From the NCBI GenBank assembly GCA_947626095.1, contig CANQQV010000001.1:64001-128000 (forward strand): DNA of 64,000 bases. The letters run 5' to 3'. Below the pieces are notes generated by a model. The model saw nothing but the letters and a program-made list of their open reading frames with translations. It searched no databases and had not been told where the DNA came from. Position numbers and translations under genes: made by a program. Numbering within the stretch: position 1 is the stretch's first letter; every line of letters begins with the position of its first letter. Positions 9,881-19,719 of this stretch are shown here, one piece after another. Source of the DNA: an uncultured Bacilli bacterium. GTDB taxonomy: Bacteria > Bacillota_I > Bacilli_A > RF39 > UBA660.

Positions 9881-11284
9881 ATGAATAATAACAATAATAA
9901 TCAAAATTCTAATAATCAAATAGGTTCTACTCCACCACCAGACTTTAATACAATCTTTGGTATTGCACCAGAACCCGAAACACCACAACCTGTTCAAACA
10001 GCAGAAACTCTAGAACCAAGTCCATCACAAAATAAATTTTTTCAAACAGCACCTACAAATAATAACAACCAAGTACCAAACAACGCAACTTTAAATCAAT
10101 CAATTGAACCACCAATTAATAATTCTATTACCCCACCTACAGAAAATTATAATCAAACACTGCCAAGCAATAGTGATTCTAACAATCTTTCAAACCCAAC
10201 TACAAATAACATCAATAACATGCCATCTAATACAATCGAATATCAAACTGATTACATCGACGATGATATATTGTTAAGAGCATATATAGGTAATAACTAT
10301 GAAAAAATAACAACGCAACCTTTTAATATAGCCGGTTTCTTTTTTACAGGTCTCTATATGTTCTATCGTAAAATGTTTCTATATGCTTTAATATTTATTA
10401 TTGTAAATACGGCCATAACAGCAATAATAAATTCATCTATTATTTCTTTAATAATGTGTGGCCTAGTTGGTTTATTCATTAACAAAATATATATATCATT
10501 TGCTAAACAAAAAATAGCAAAAATAAAAGCTACTAACCCAAACAGTACTCAAGAAGAATTAAGAGCGATTTGTACTAGTAAAGGTGGTACAAGTATTTTA
10601 AATATTTTCTTAGGTATATTTACCGAAATAATAATTGCTATTATAATCATAATAATATCTGCTTTACTTGGTTTTAGTAGTATTTTAAAGGATTTTGTTA
10701 ATCCATTTAATTGGAATGTTACCCACGAAGATAGTAATCAAAATAATGATACAGGAACTTTAATTGAAGACGTTACTATTGGTGGTTATATATGTTCTGA
10801 TAGTGATTGTACTATTACTATTACTGACAAAAACAACAACTCAACTGATTACATGATGAAATCAATTGATACTGATTATATTGAACTATTAGAAAGCTAT
10901 AATGAATATATTAAAATAAATATCTATTATAAAGAAAAAAATATTACAAGCATTAAGGTATATGTAAAAGAAAGTAATGAAGATATAAGTAGTATTAAAG
11001 ATGAAAATTCATTAAGAGGAAAATTAGGTTTATACACTCTAGGAACTCATACAGATACTTTTACGTTAACTAAAATTGGATTACCAGGTGCAGGCTTTAA
11101 TAATAATAGTTCATATACATATAACAGTTATACATTTACTGACAGTAAAAATAGTCAGTATGAAATGAAATACATTAATCCACCAAGTAAGTTAAAATTA
11201 AAAGAAGGTCAAAAATATACAGTTACCTTTGAAGTCATAGAAGGAACATTTGATGTTGAATATAATATAAAATCAATAAAATAA
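9881..11284 (+). CDS. DUF2628-like membrane protein with N/P-rich N-terminus
   Basis: FNIAGFFFTGLYMFYRKMF and FINKIY...A..KI.KI motifs typical of DUF2628. Confidence 0.7.
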   Translation: MNNNNNNQNSNNQIGSTPPPDFNTIFGIAPEPETPQPVQTAETLEPSPSQNKFFQTAPTNNNNQVPNNATLNQSIEPPINNSITPPTENYNQTLPSNSDSNNLSNPTTNNINNMPSNTIEYQTDYIDDDILLRAYIGNNYEKITTQPFNIAGFFFTGLYMFYRKMFLYALIFIIVNTAITAIINSSIISLIMCGLVGLFINKIYISFAKQKIAKIKATNPNSTQEELRAICTSKGGTSILNIFLGIFTEIIIAIIIIIISALLGFSSILKDFVNPFNWNVTHEDSNQNNDTGTLIEDVTIGGYICSDSDCTITITDKNNNSTDYMMKSIDTDYIELLESYNEYIKINIYYKEKNITSIKVYVKESNEDISSIKDENSLRGKLGLYTLGTHTDTFTLTKIGLPGAGFNNNSSYTYNSYTFTDSKNSQYEMKYINPPSKLKLKEGQKYTVTFEVIEGTFDVEYNIKSIK

Positions 11285-11462
11285 AAACTTACAAACAATA
11301 ATGTTTGTAAGTTTTTTATACCCTTATTAGAAGAAATAACAAATAATAAAAGCTAAATATATGTATGTTACTCGTATGTTATTGAAATGATTTCAAACGA
11401 TATTTACAAAAAAGCAAAAGAAAACAAACCCAGTAAATAGAAGGGTTTGTTAAAAATCTATA

Positions 11463-11536
11463 TGGAGGGGCCTACCGGATTCGAACCGGTGCTCAGGGAG
11501 TTGCAGTCCCTTGCCTTACCGCTTGGCTAAAGCCCC
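11463..11536 (-). tRNA. tRNA-Cys (GCA)
   Basis: GGGGCTT/AGGCCCC acceptor stem, anticodon loop CTGCAAC, TTCGAAT T-loop, U73 discriminator, encoded CCA. Confidence 0.97.
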
Positions 11537-11564
11537 ATCATGACATGTCCTAAGACATGTCTTA

Positions 11565-11593
11565 ATTTTATAATAATGATCTTTAAAAGTCAA
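11565..11593 (-). promoter_or_regulatory. SigA promoter for tRNA-Cys
   Basis: TTGACT-17bp-TAAAAT on the minus strand. Confidence 0.65.
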
Positions 11594-11596
11594 TTA

Positions 11597-13213
11597 TTAT
11601 TTAACTTCTATTGTATATATTTTATTTCTTATTTTAACTATCATATCTATTTCTACAGACTTAGTTATTGTCCCCGAAACCTCATATACTTTAACATCCT
11701 TTAAAGCACTCGGTGTAACATTTTTCATTACTGTTACATTATATTTATCACTACCCAATTCAACTCCTGAAGTAGGTTGATACTTATAACTTAATGTTGC
11801 AAAATCTTTATAAAAATCTTTTGTTCCATTTTTATAATAATCAGAAGATTCATCCCATTTTATTTCATCTTCAATTATTACTAACGCATTACCAGCTGAT
11901 GGTACAATCGTTCCTGTTGCATTAGTACATTTCTTTCCTTCGCAATTTTGTGAATTATAAGTATAATAATTAACAACTTTTAAACTATTTAATTTATATA
12001 TAGTATCACCAATCATCGAAGTTTTAAATGATACCTCAGAACCTAATTTTATAGTTCCTTTATTTGTTTCAGTTTTTAATAATTTCGTAGGTTTAATGTT
12101 AATCTTTTTATATCTTTTAATTAATTTATTACCCTTAGCACTTAATCCATTAAGAATTCTCATCTGATAAGAATTCTTTATTTGATCTTTAGTTAACTCA
12201 TAAACTAAAACATACTCACCACCAGGATAATCTTTAACATTAGGTATTATTTCTCCTTGATATATTTTACCAACATCTATAAATCTTGATGCTCTATCAT
12301 AACTAGGATATAGCGACTCATTATCTAAGAATATTCTAAAGTTAGAACTATTAATACTAGCAGCTCTACCATTATTAATAATTCCCAGTTTAATAGCTAA
12401 AAAATACTTACCTTCAGCAATTACTCTACCACTATAATCAGTATCAGTTAAATAACTATCTTTTAATGATATTGTAAAGTTTTCCATACTCAATTCTTGA
12501 TTTATCGAATAAGTTTTATTATATACTTGAAAATTCCATACTAAGGATGTAATAATCGCTATTGTAGCTACAACAGCAAAACAAGTAAATACAAATTTAT
12601 TCTCTAATACATAATATTTTAATTCTCTAAATAAATGAACTACATTCTTCTTTAAACTATTATCTTCACTACCTATACGTAATTCAATATTCTCATCATC
12701 TTTTTCATTAATTATTAACTCAGCGTTATTATCAAATCTTAATGTTCTAACATTAAAACCTGCTCCTTTAGCTAGCCCAACAACAAAGAAAAAATATGAA
12801 GGCAACGGACATAAATTAGCACAGTCTCGAACAAAATTAGCAAACGTCTGATCCAATGCTTGCAATTGCATATTTTCCATTGTAACTCTAAAAAATAAAG
12901 CAAAAAATAGTAAAATAATATAGTATCCCATTGCTGTTAAAAAGTATAAAACTCTCTTCTTTTTCGACAAACAAATAAAATATAATGCCCCATTAATTAT
13001 TATCATGAGGAATAATACTAAAAAGGTTAAAGTTGTAACATATTTTACCGCATAATCTGTTTCTGGGGTTGTATAATTAGCTTTAACAAAATCTCTAAAG
13101 AAACCACCAATATCACCAAACTTAAAGGCAATATATAGTAATGGAACTAGTAATAATAAGTTTATTATCTTATAATGCTTAGCTATAAAACCATAAGGAT
13201 TTCTTATTATCAT
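11597..13213 (-). CDS. Multi-pass membrane protein with extracellular Ig-like (DUF4352-like) domains
   Basis: 4-5 TM helices followed by GKYFLAIKLGIINNG...YVLVYEL beta-sandwich-like segments. Confidence 0.55.
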   Translation of the reverse strand: MIIRNPYGFIAKHYKIINLLLLVPLLYIAFKFGDIGGFFRDFVKANYTTPETDYAVKYVTTLTFLVLFLMIIINGALYFICLSKKKRVLYFLTAMGYYIILLFFALFFRVTMENMQLQALDQTFANFVRDCANLCPLPSYFFFVVGLAKGAGFNVRTLRFDNNAELIINEKDDENIELRIGSEDNSLKKNVVHLFRELKYYVLENKFVFTCFAVVATIAIITSLVWNFQVYNKTYSINQELSMENFTISLKDSYLTDTDYSGRVIAEGKYFLAIKLGIINNGRAASINSSNFRIFLDNESLYPSYDRASRFIDVGKIYQGEIIPNVKDYPGGEYVLVYELTKDQIKNSYQMRILNGLSAKGNKLIKRYKKINIKPTKLLKTETNKGTIKLGSEVSFKTSMIGDTIYKLNSLKVVNYYTYNSQNCEGKKCTNATGTIVPSAGNALVIIEDEIKWDESSDYYKNGTKDFYKDFATLSYKYQPTSGVELGSDKYNVTVMKNVTPSALKDVKVYEVSGTITKSVEIDMIVKIRNKIYTIEVK

Positions 13214-13285
13214 TTAAAGCCCCTCCTACTCTATTAATAATTATATCATATTTTATATCAAGAAAAAAATATGATTACTCATATT

Positions 13286-13735
13286 TTAATTCTTTTTAAC
13301 TAATAATTGACCAGGTAATAAGTAAATTGTTTCATTAATATCTATTATCTTATCTTTAGGTTCATTAAACTTTTCACTTACTATATCTAAAGTATCTCCC
13401 TCTTTAGTAACATAATAACTATAATTACTTTTAGGAATTAATATCTCTTGATCAGGATATATATAATCTTGACTATCTAACCCATTTAATATTGCTAATA
13501 ATTCTGGATTTATATTATATTGTCGTCCTATTGCATATAAAGAATCTCCCTTTTTTATTGTATAATATTCAAAGTATTTTTCTTTATTAATAGGTACTAT
13601 TATCTCTTTGCCTTCTCTTATCATATCAGGAAAAGGTATATTATTTAAATCCATTATAATACTTTCTTTCGTATTAAACTTTTTCGCAATACTACTTATA
13701 TCATCACCAGGTTGTATTAGGTATTTATCATACAT
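13286..13735 (-). CDS. LysM repeat peptidoglycan-binding protein (3 LysM)
   Basis: YLIQPGDDISSIA, YTIKKGDSLYAIG and YVTKEGDTLDIVS repeats. Confidence 0.9.
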   Translation of the reverse strand: MYDKYLIQPGDDISSIAKKFNTKESIIMDLNNIPFPDMIREGKEIIVPINKEKYFEYYTIKKGDSLYAIGRQYNINPELLAILNGLDSQDYIYPDQEILIPKSNYSYYVTKEGDTLDIVSEKFNEPKDKIIDINETIYLLPGQLLVKKN

Positions 13736-13773
13736 AAAATCACTCCTAATATAACTTATGACTAATTTTAAAT

Positions 13774-14913
13774 TTAGTTATTAATAAATATTAAATTTTG
13801 ATAATTAAATTCCCACTCACTATATTCTACTAATTTAACTTCACCTTGTTTAATATTATATTTATATAAAGTATTATCTACTAAGTAATATATACTATCA
13901 TCACTTGTATATACAACATACCTTATATCATTATCAGATACCTTTATTTTATAATCTTTATTCCAGTAATATAAATATAACTTATTATCTTCTACTATAT
14001 AATTATAATTTGTTTTATAAGTAAAACTTTTATTATCCGTTACTAATGACTTAATATTTATTTTTTCTTCTTCCCCATTCTTATATATAACGCCATTCTT
14101 ATTTTTTGAAGCTAATATACGCATTTTCTTTTTATGAGGAACTAACTCATATTCTATACCATTCTTTTTATCAACTAAATAAATCGATTTATCATTAATA
14201 CCTAATATATAACTATCATATGAAATAGTATATTTCATCTTCCAAGTATTAACTTTTAAATCATCTAAATCAATAATATATACTCTATTAAATTCATATT
14301 CTTGTTCATAATCAGGTACTACTAAATAATTATTTATCTTTGTTGCTAAAGGTATATCATATATATCTTTATCAAATAATTTAATAAATTCTACATCACT
14401 ACCATTTAAATAATTAAAGCCTTTATAATTCCATATTAAAACATTATTACTAGTATTATATATTTTATAGTTTTTATAAGCATCATCTTTAATAACTGGT
14501 TTATCATAATAATCTTTTAATTCTTCTTGTAACTCACTATTAACTAAATAAAATGATATTTGCTCATTTTCATAACTACATAATGGCATCGAACTAATAC
14601 TTGTACTATCTATTTCTAAACACGTATACCCATCTTTTTCATGTTTTTTAATATCTTTTATTAACTTCTTATCTTTTTGAAAATCTGTTTCACTTACAAA
14701 TGTATATTTCATCCCATTATCAGTTATTTCATAATAATACAACTTGTTATCTTTATCATAGTTTTCATTAATTCCATAGTTATCAATATTATATTCTAAA
14801 CTATAAGACTTACTATCAAATAAAGATACAATAAACCATATCAGTGCTATTATAGCAATTAAGATTAAAATCAGAACGATTTTAGCACTCTTTTTTAATC
14901 TATACCTTGTCAT
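13774..14913 (-). CDS. Membrane-anchored hypothetical protein (possible beta-propeller)
   Basis: N-terminal TM and a beta-rich extracellular region. Confidence 0.55.
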   Translation of the reverse strand: MTRYRLKKSAKIVLILILIAIIALIWFIVSLFDSKSYSLEYNIDNYGINENYDKDNKLYYYEITDNGMKYTFVSETDFQKDKKLIKDIKKHEKDGYTCLEIDSTSISSMPLCSYENEQISFYLVNSELQEELKDYYDKPVIKDDAYKNYKIYNTSNNVLIWNYKGFNYLNGSDVEFIKLFDKDIYDIPLATKINNYLVVPDYEQEYEFNRVYIIDLDDLKVNTWKMKYTISYDSYILGINDKSIYLVDKKNGIEYELVPHKKKMRILASKNKNGVIYKNGEEEKINIKSLVTDNKSFTYKTNYNYIVEDNKLYLYYWNKDYKIKVSDNDIRYVVYTSDDSIYYLVDNTLYKYNIKQGEVKLVEYSEWEFNYQNLIFINN

Positions 14914-14926
14914 ATTCTAACTCCAA

Positions 14927-15376
14927 TTATTCAGGTACTCTATTAAAAGATCCATACTTTTTCTTTTCTTTCATCATATATTCTGTAATAGCTGTTTCTA
15001 CTTCTGGTAAACAATTCTTATCTAAGTTAGTAATAACTACTACTTCTTTAATCGTATCAATAGTTATTTTACCAAATAACAATCCTCTAAATACTTGCAT
15101 ATCATTATATAAATCAGGCGTAATTGAATTTAATGAATAACCATAAAGAATATGATCTTGCCCAATTAAAATACGTTTATTAGTTAAACATACAACACAA
15201 GTTGAAAAAACATCTAACATATCATCATTCTTTTGTCCAGCAAAGGTATAAATTGGTTCTTCTCCTGGATTTAAATGTTGTTCTACTACTTTAGCATGTT
15301 TTCTAAGTCTCCACCATGTAATAGTTCTTGGAAACTTTGCCTTAAACATACATACTTGATCATATACTTTTCCCAT
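14927..15376 (-). CDS. Bacterial PH-domain protein (bPH_3-like)
   Basis: LNPGEE...VVCLTNKRILIG...GLLFGKITID pattern. Confidence 0.75.
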   Translation of the reverse strand: MGKVYDQVCMFKAKFPRTITWWRLRKHAKVVEQHLNPGEEPIYTFAGQKNDDMLDVFSTCVVCLTNKRILIGQDHILYGYSLNSITPDLYNDMQVFRGLLFGKITIDTIKEVVVITNLDKNCLPEVETAITEYMMKEKKKYGSFNRVPE

Positions 15377-15378
15377 TT

Positions 15379-15891
15379 TTATTCACCTATTCCTTTTTCT
15401 AATATATTTAAATATTCATTTTCAAATGTGGTTAAAGCTAATATCTTACTATCTCTTATTGTTACTATATAATTACTCTTTAATGTTCTAAATCTATCAT
15501 CCAACCCATAAAAATCTATTTCATTTTTAGTTGACAACTTACTTGTTTCTAATAAATATATATTTATTCCATTGTAATAAGCTAACTTATTAACTACTTC
15601 TAAATACTTATTATAAGTATTTGACGAATTATCAATAATTGCCACTATTCTTACTTTATCATCTTTATAATATTTTTTAAACTTACTATAACCAATTTTT
15701 ATATAATACTCTTTTTCTTTATCATAAGGTCCTTCTACCTTTTCATAAACATATTCTTCATTAGTTACTACATTTTTATTCTTATAACTTTTTCTAATAA
15801 AGTATATATTAGTCATAACAAGAACTAAGATAATTCCTATTAAAACAATAAATAGTATAGTGTCTTTTTTACTTTTAAACACCTTAACCAC
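15379..15891 (-). CDS. Membrane-anchored thioredoxin-fold-like protein without CxxC
   Basis: TM followed by IGYSKFKK...IVAIIDNSSNTYNKYLEVVNKLA...IYLLE, a Trx-like pattern with no cysteines. Confidence 0.45.
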   Translation of the reverse strand: MVKVFKSKKDTILFIVLIGIILVLVMTNIYFIRKSYKNKNVVTNEEYVYEKVEGPYDKEKEYYIKIGYSKFKKYYKDDKVRIVAIIDNSSNTYNKYLEVVNKLAYYNGINIYLLETSKLSTKNEIDFYGLDDRFRTLKSNYIVTIRDSKILALTTFENEYLNILEKGIGE

Positions 15892-15952
15892 CCTTTACTT
15901 ATGTTTATTTTATAATGATTTTCCCTTTATTGCAATAAAAAGGGAACTATCA

Positions 15953-17239
15953 CTAGCTCCTCATTTTAAGTATTATATATGCAACTCCAACTGCTATTCC
16001 GCATATCAATCCTACTATTGATATCAAAATAGAAGCTATCGTAAATCCTCCACTATCCTTTTCATTTTCAACTGTTAATTTAACACCATCACTATTTTCT
16101 TTCTTTTTATTAGCATTAATTGCATCTTTATGATCCTTAGGATTAATTGGATATTTCTTTTGTATTAAATCTAACTTTGTTGTAACTCTAACATTAAGAC
16201 TTTGAGTGGCCATCGTTCTTTCTACTTTATTAGCTCTTTGACCTTTTTCTTTCTTCGCTTCCATATCATCATAACTCTTAGCTACTTTATTTAAATTAGC
16301 TAATATCATATCTTCCAAAACAGAAGCATGAGCAATATCTGTATTGTTATAAATAATTCTACCAATCGCATCAGTATATAACTTCTTAGCATCTGCAACA
16401 GCTTGAGCTAATTTATTAATATCTTTTAAATACTTTTCATATAAAACATCCAATAAAGCATCTCTATCTATATATTTATTATTTAAAACATACTCATTAT
16501 TAGCAATTAACTCTTCTTTACCTAAATTACTATTTATAGATACTGGTGCAAAATAAGCATCTAACCATACTGGTTTACCATTATCATTAACTTTACTAAT
16601 CAAATAGTAATCAAATCCACGATATTTTTTACCAATTATATAATCAAACAAAATCATTCTTAAATAATTTTTTCTAATTGCTTTACCTGCTTTAGCATCT
16701 ATTGGTGTTCCCATTTGTAATTCAATTGTCTTATTTAATGAATATATGCCTAAATCAATTATATCAGCTATTTGTTCATGATCTTTAATACAATTTTCTT
16801 TTGAACCCGTAGGATATTTAAACACTTTATCAACCCATAATGCTTCCTCAGGATCAACTTGTTTATTATTAATAGCATTGACTATTGCATTAATTGTTGC
16901 TGTTCCTGAAATACGTGTTTCAATATCTTTACTATAATTTAATGTTGTAAAAGTCCCAATTGTTTGATCTTCTGTAACAATTCGTCTTGATTCTTCATGA
17001 TCGATATCAAATAACTCAGCTATATCTGCCTTAATAATTGCATAATCATCTATATACATCGTTTCTGGTTTTAAACTATTAACATTTAAAACCCCAAACG
17101 CCATATTATTTAATTGAACAAGTTTTGAACCATCTTTAAAACTATTAAACAATTCAATAGTTACTGGTTCTTCCTTGCGGATTCCATTATCTAAAGATAC
17201 TATATAATATTGTTCATTTTTATAGTCTTTCTCCATCAT
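15953..17239 (-). CDS. HipA/CtkA-like kinase-fold protein, probably inactive, with C-terminal TM anchor
   Basis: MILFDYIIGKKYRG and FAPVSINSNL align by eye to FDxLIGNxDRH and LAPIYDNGSSL; C-terminal hydrophobic helix. Confidence 0.5.
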   Translation of the reverse strand: MMEKDYKNEQYYIVSLDNGIRKEEPVTIELFNSFKDGSKLVQLNNMAFGVLNVNSLKPETMYIDDYAIIKADIAELFDIDHEESRRIVTEDQTIGTFTTLNYSKDIETRISGTATINAIVNAINNKQVDPEEALWVDKVFKYPTGSKENCIKDHEQIADIIDLGIYSLNKTIELQMGTPIDAKAGKAIRKNYLRMILFDYIIGKKYRGFDYYLISKVNDNGKPVWLDAYFAPVSINSNLGKEELIANNEYVLNNKYIDRDALLDVLYEKYLKDINKLAQAVADAKKLYTDAIGRIIYNNTDIAHASVLEDMILANLNKVAKSYDDMEAKKEKGQRANKVERTMATQSLNVRVTTKLDLIQKKYPINPKDHKDAINANKKKENSDGVKLTVENEKDSGGFTIASILISIVGLICGIAVGVAYIILKMRS

Positions 17240-17481
17240 AACAGCTCCTTATTCTTATAACAAAATTATAGCAAATAATTATTAAATATGGTAGATATAA
17301 TTATTTAAAATATCATTTTACTCTCATAAATATAACTATTTATCTATTATACCGCTGAATGTAAAATAAGAATGTTACTTTTTTGTCAATTTTTTACTCG
17401 TTATTATAATTTATAATTATATTTAAAAATACTTCAATTTTTTATGTTATAATATTTCTATAATAGAAATGGGGTATTTTA

Positions 17482-18195
17482 ATGGCCACTGCACATATAG
17501 AAAGTAACAAAGAGGACATAGCTAAAGTTGTCTTAATGCCTGGTGATCCACTAAGAGCCAAATACATTGCTGAAAAATATTTACAAAACGTTAAACAAGT
17601 TAATAAAGTAAGAAATATTTTTGCTTATACTGGTACATACAAAGGAAGAAAAATAACTGTCTTCTCATCAGGTATGGGTAATCCTAGCATGGGTATTTAT
17701 TCCTACGAATTATTTAAATATTATGATGTCGACTATATAATACGTATCGGAACAGCTGGTGCTTATACTAAAGAATTAAAACTTATGGATTTATTAGTCG
17801 TCACAAATTGCTATTCTGAATCATCATATGCTAAAGAATTATATAATGGACAAAGTTCAGTTGCTACTGCTTCTAATGCTGTAGTTCAAACAATCAAAGA
17901 AACAGCTTATGCCCAAGAAAAAATATTAAAATATGGTCGAGTTCACTGTTCTGATGCCTTCTATAGTGATAATACTGATATTAGAAAACTTAACGAAGAA
18001 TATGGTTGTCTAGCCGTCGAAATGGAAACATTCGCCCTATTTAACAATGCCAAATTATTAAAAAAAGATGCTGGCTGTATTTTAACTGTCTCTAATAGTC
18101 TAATCACTAATGAAGAAACAACTAGTGAACAACGAGAAAAAGGTTTAGACGATATGATCACCTTAGCCTTAGAAAGTGGTATCAGATTATTATGA
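17482..18195 (+). CDS. deoD: Purine nucleoside phosphorylase (DeoD type)
   Basis: VLMPGDPLRAKYIA, GMGNPSMGIY, RIGTAG, VEME motifs. Confidence 0.96.
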   Translation: MATAHIESNKEDIAKVVLMPGDPLRAKYIAEKYLQNVKQVNKVRNIFAYTGTYKGRKITVFSSGMGNPSMGIYSYELFKYYDVDYIIRIGTAGAYTKELKLMDLLVVTNCYSESSYAKELYNGQSSVATASNAVVQTIKETAYAQEKILKYGRVHCSDAFYSDNTDIRKLNEEYGCLAVEMETFALFNNAKLLKKDAGCILTVSNSLITNEETTSEQREKGLDDMITLALESGIRLL

Positions 18196-19166
18196 GTATT
18201 AATTTTAAAACTATACCTAAAGTTGAACTACACTTACATTTAGATGGCTCAGTACCACTAGAGCTATTATCTAATTATATAAATAAGGACGCTTCATCTA
18301 TCGCTCAAGCTCCAGATAAATGTCAGAATTTAGCTGACTACTTAACTAAATTTGATTTACCAATCGACTATTTAAAACATAAAGTCAATTTAAAGGATGC
18401 ATCCTATCAACTAAGTAAAGATTTAGAAAATGACGGCGTTATCTACGCTGAAGTCAGATACGCTCCTAATCTTTTATTAAGTAGTGAACTAGATTTAAAT
18501 GAAACTATTAAAACTATTCTTGAAGGTTTTAGTCTTGGCAATGTCAAAATAAATCTTATCCTTTGTATGATGCGTCATCACTCATATGAAGAAAACCTTG
18601 AAGTAATCAATGTAGCTGAAAAATATCTAAATAAAGGTGTATGTGCCATTGATTTAGCTGGTGATGAAGAACATTTCCCAACTAGTAATTTCGAAGAACT
18701 ATTTAAAATAGCTCAAGAAAAACATATTCCTTATACTATTCATGCTGGAGAAGTAAATTTAAAAGATAGTTTAGCAAGTGCAATAAGCTTTAAAACAACC
18801 AGACTAGGACATGGCATTCAAGCTATTAACTATCCTGATCTTCTAGCGCAAATTATAGATAAAAAAATATTATTAGAAATCTGTCCAACTAGCAATATTC
18901 AAACTAATGTTATTGATACTTACGATAAGCATCCTATTAAACAATTAGATGAACAAGGTGCCTTAATATCTATTAGTACTGATAATCGTACTGTCTCTAA
19001 TATTACATTATCAGATGAATACGCTAAACTAAATAAATATTTTAATTATACTATTCAAGATTTCTGTCGTTTTAATCTTAATGCCATCAACAGTTCTTTC
19101 TTATCAAATAAAGAAAAACAAGAACTTACTAATATTATTTTAGAATACATGAATAAAAGTATCTAA
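18192..19166 (+). CDS. add: Adenosine deaminase
   Basis: PKVELHLHLDGS, DLAGDE, HAGE, RLGHG, CPTSN, STDN motifs. Confidence 0.95.
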   Translation: MSINFKTIPKVELHLHLDGSVPLELLSNYINKDASSIAQAPDKCQNLADYLTKFDLPIDYLKHKVNLKDASYQLSKDLENDGVIYAEVRYAPNLLLSSELDLNETIKTILEGFSLGNVKINLILCMMRHHSYEENLEVINVAEKYLNKGVCAIDLAGDEEHFPTSNFEELFKIAQEKHIPYTIHAGEVNLKDSLASAISFKTTRLGHGIQAINYPDLLAQIIDKKILLEICPTSNIQTNVIDTYDKHPIKQLDEQGALISISTDNRTVSNITLSDEYAKLNKYFNYTIQDFCRFNLNAINSSFLSNKEKQELTNIILEYMNKSI

Positions 19167-19192
19167 TCAGATACTTTTTTTAGTTGTAACAT

Positions 19193-19221
19193 TTTACATT
19201 AAAACAAATGTTTGATATAAT
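19193..19221 (+). promoter_or_regulatory. SigA promoter of the type I toxin mRNA
   Basis: TTTACA-17bp-TATAAT with extended TG. Confidence 0.7.
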
Positions 19222-19291
19222 TGCTTTTGGAATACTTAGTTAATTTAGGTACTATTCTCCTTTACTTTTTAAAGTGAAAGGAGGTGCAGTT

Positions 19292-19384
19292 ATGAGAAAA
19301 TCAGAGAGATATCTTTGTACTATCATAATACTCCTTATTATTGTGATTTTAATCATACTAATAAAAATAGTACCAACTATATAA
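19292..19384 (+). CDS. Small hydrophobic peptide, putative type I TA toxin (30 aa MRKSERYLCTIIILLIIVILIILIKIVPTI)
   Basis: AAAGGAGGTG RBS inside a hairpin (19257-19283); single TM helix; convergent antisense promoter and terminator. Not in the ORF track. Confidence 0.8.
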   Translation: MRKSERYLCTIIILLIIVILIILIKIVPTI

Positions 19385-19468
19385 GTCGGTACTAAAGCCA
19401 AAATATGGAATAGTATCTAGCTCTTCAAAACTAGGTATTCATTTTTATTATATTCAAGTTTCCTTGAC
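19360..19468 (-). ncRNA. Putative antisense antitoxin RNA of the type I TA system (ends approximate)
   Basis: Minus-strand promoter TTGATA-17-TATTAT (19503-19475) and a terminator hairpin at 19368-19394 followed by TTTTT; overlaps the 3' end of the toxin mRNA. Confidence 0.65.
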
Positions 19469-19548
19469 AAATTCATAATATCATAAAAACTACTCTTTAT
19501 CAAGCCGCTATCTATCTTTACTCGTCTACCACGAGTTTAAAATTCTAA

Positions 19549-19623
19549 TGGTGCCGACTACCGGATTTGAACCAGTGACCTACGCGTTACGAGGGCGTTG
19601 CACTACCACTGTGCTAAGTCGGC
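19549..19623 (-). tRNA. tRNA-Thr (CGT)
   Basis: GCCGACT/AGTCGGC acceptor stem, anticodon loop CTCGTAA, TTCAAAT T-loop, encoded CCA. Confidence 0.95.
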
Positions 19624-19719
19624 CTAAGTAAATTATACACATTTTTTAAGAAAATAGAAATATTTTAGAAAAAATTTTTTGATTAATGGTATAATACATT
19701 TAGAATAAAGGAGTTGTCT

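Noticed and set aside
11541-11562. GACATGTC-ctaa-GACATGTC double palindrome
   Set aside because: It lies in the tRNA-Cys leader as a single instance, most simply a leader hairpin; nothing supports a separate element.
17240-17481. Purine riboswitch upstream of deoD-add
   Set aside because: ATATGG is present, but the TTTCTACC and CCGTAAA core and the P2/P3 stems are not.
19549-19623. C31-C39 mismatch in the tRNA-Thr anticodon stem, suggesting a recoding or pseudo tRNA
   Set aside because: The rest of the cloverleaf is canonical, the anticodon CGT is centred, and as I recall 31-39 mismatches are common in Firmicutes Thr-CGT tRNAs.
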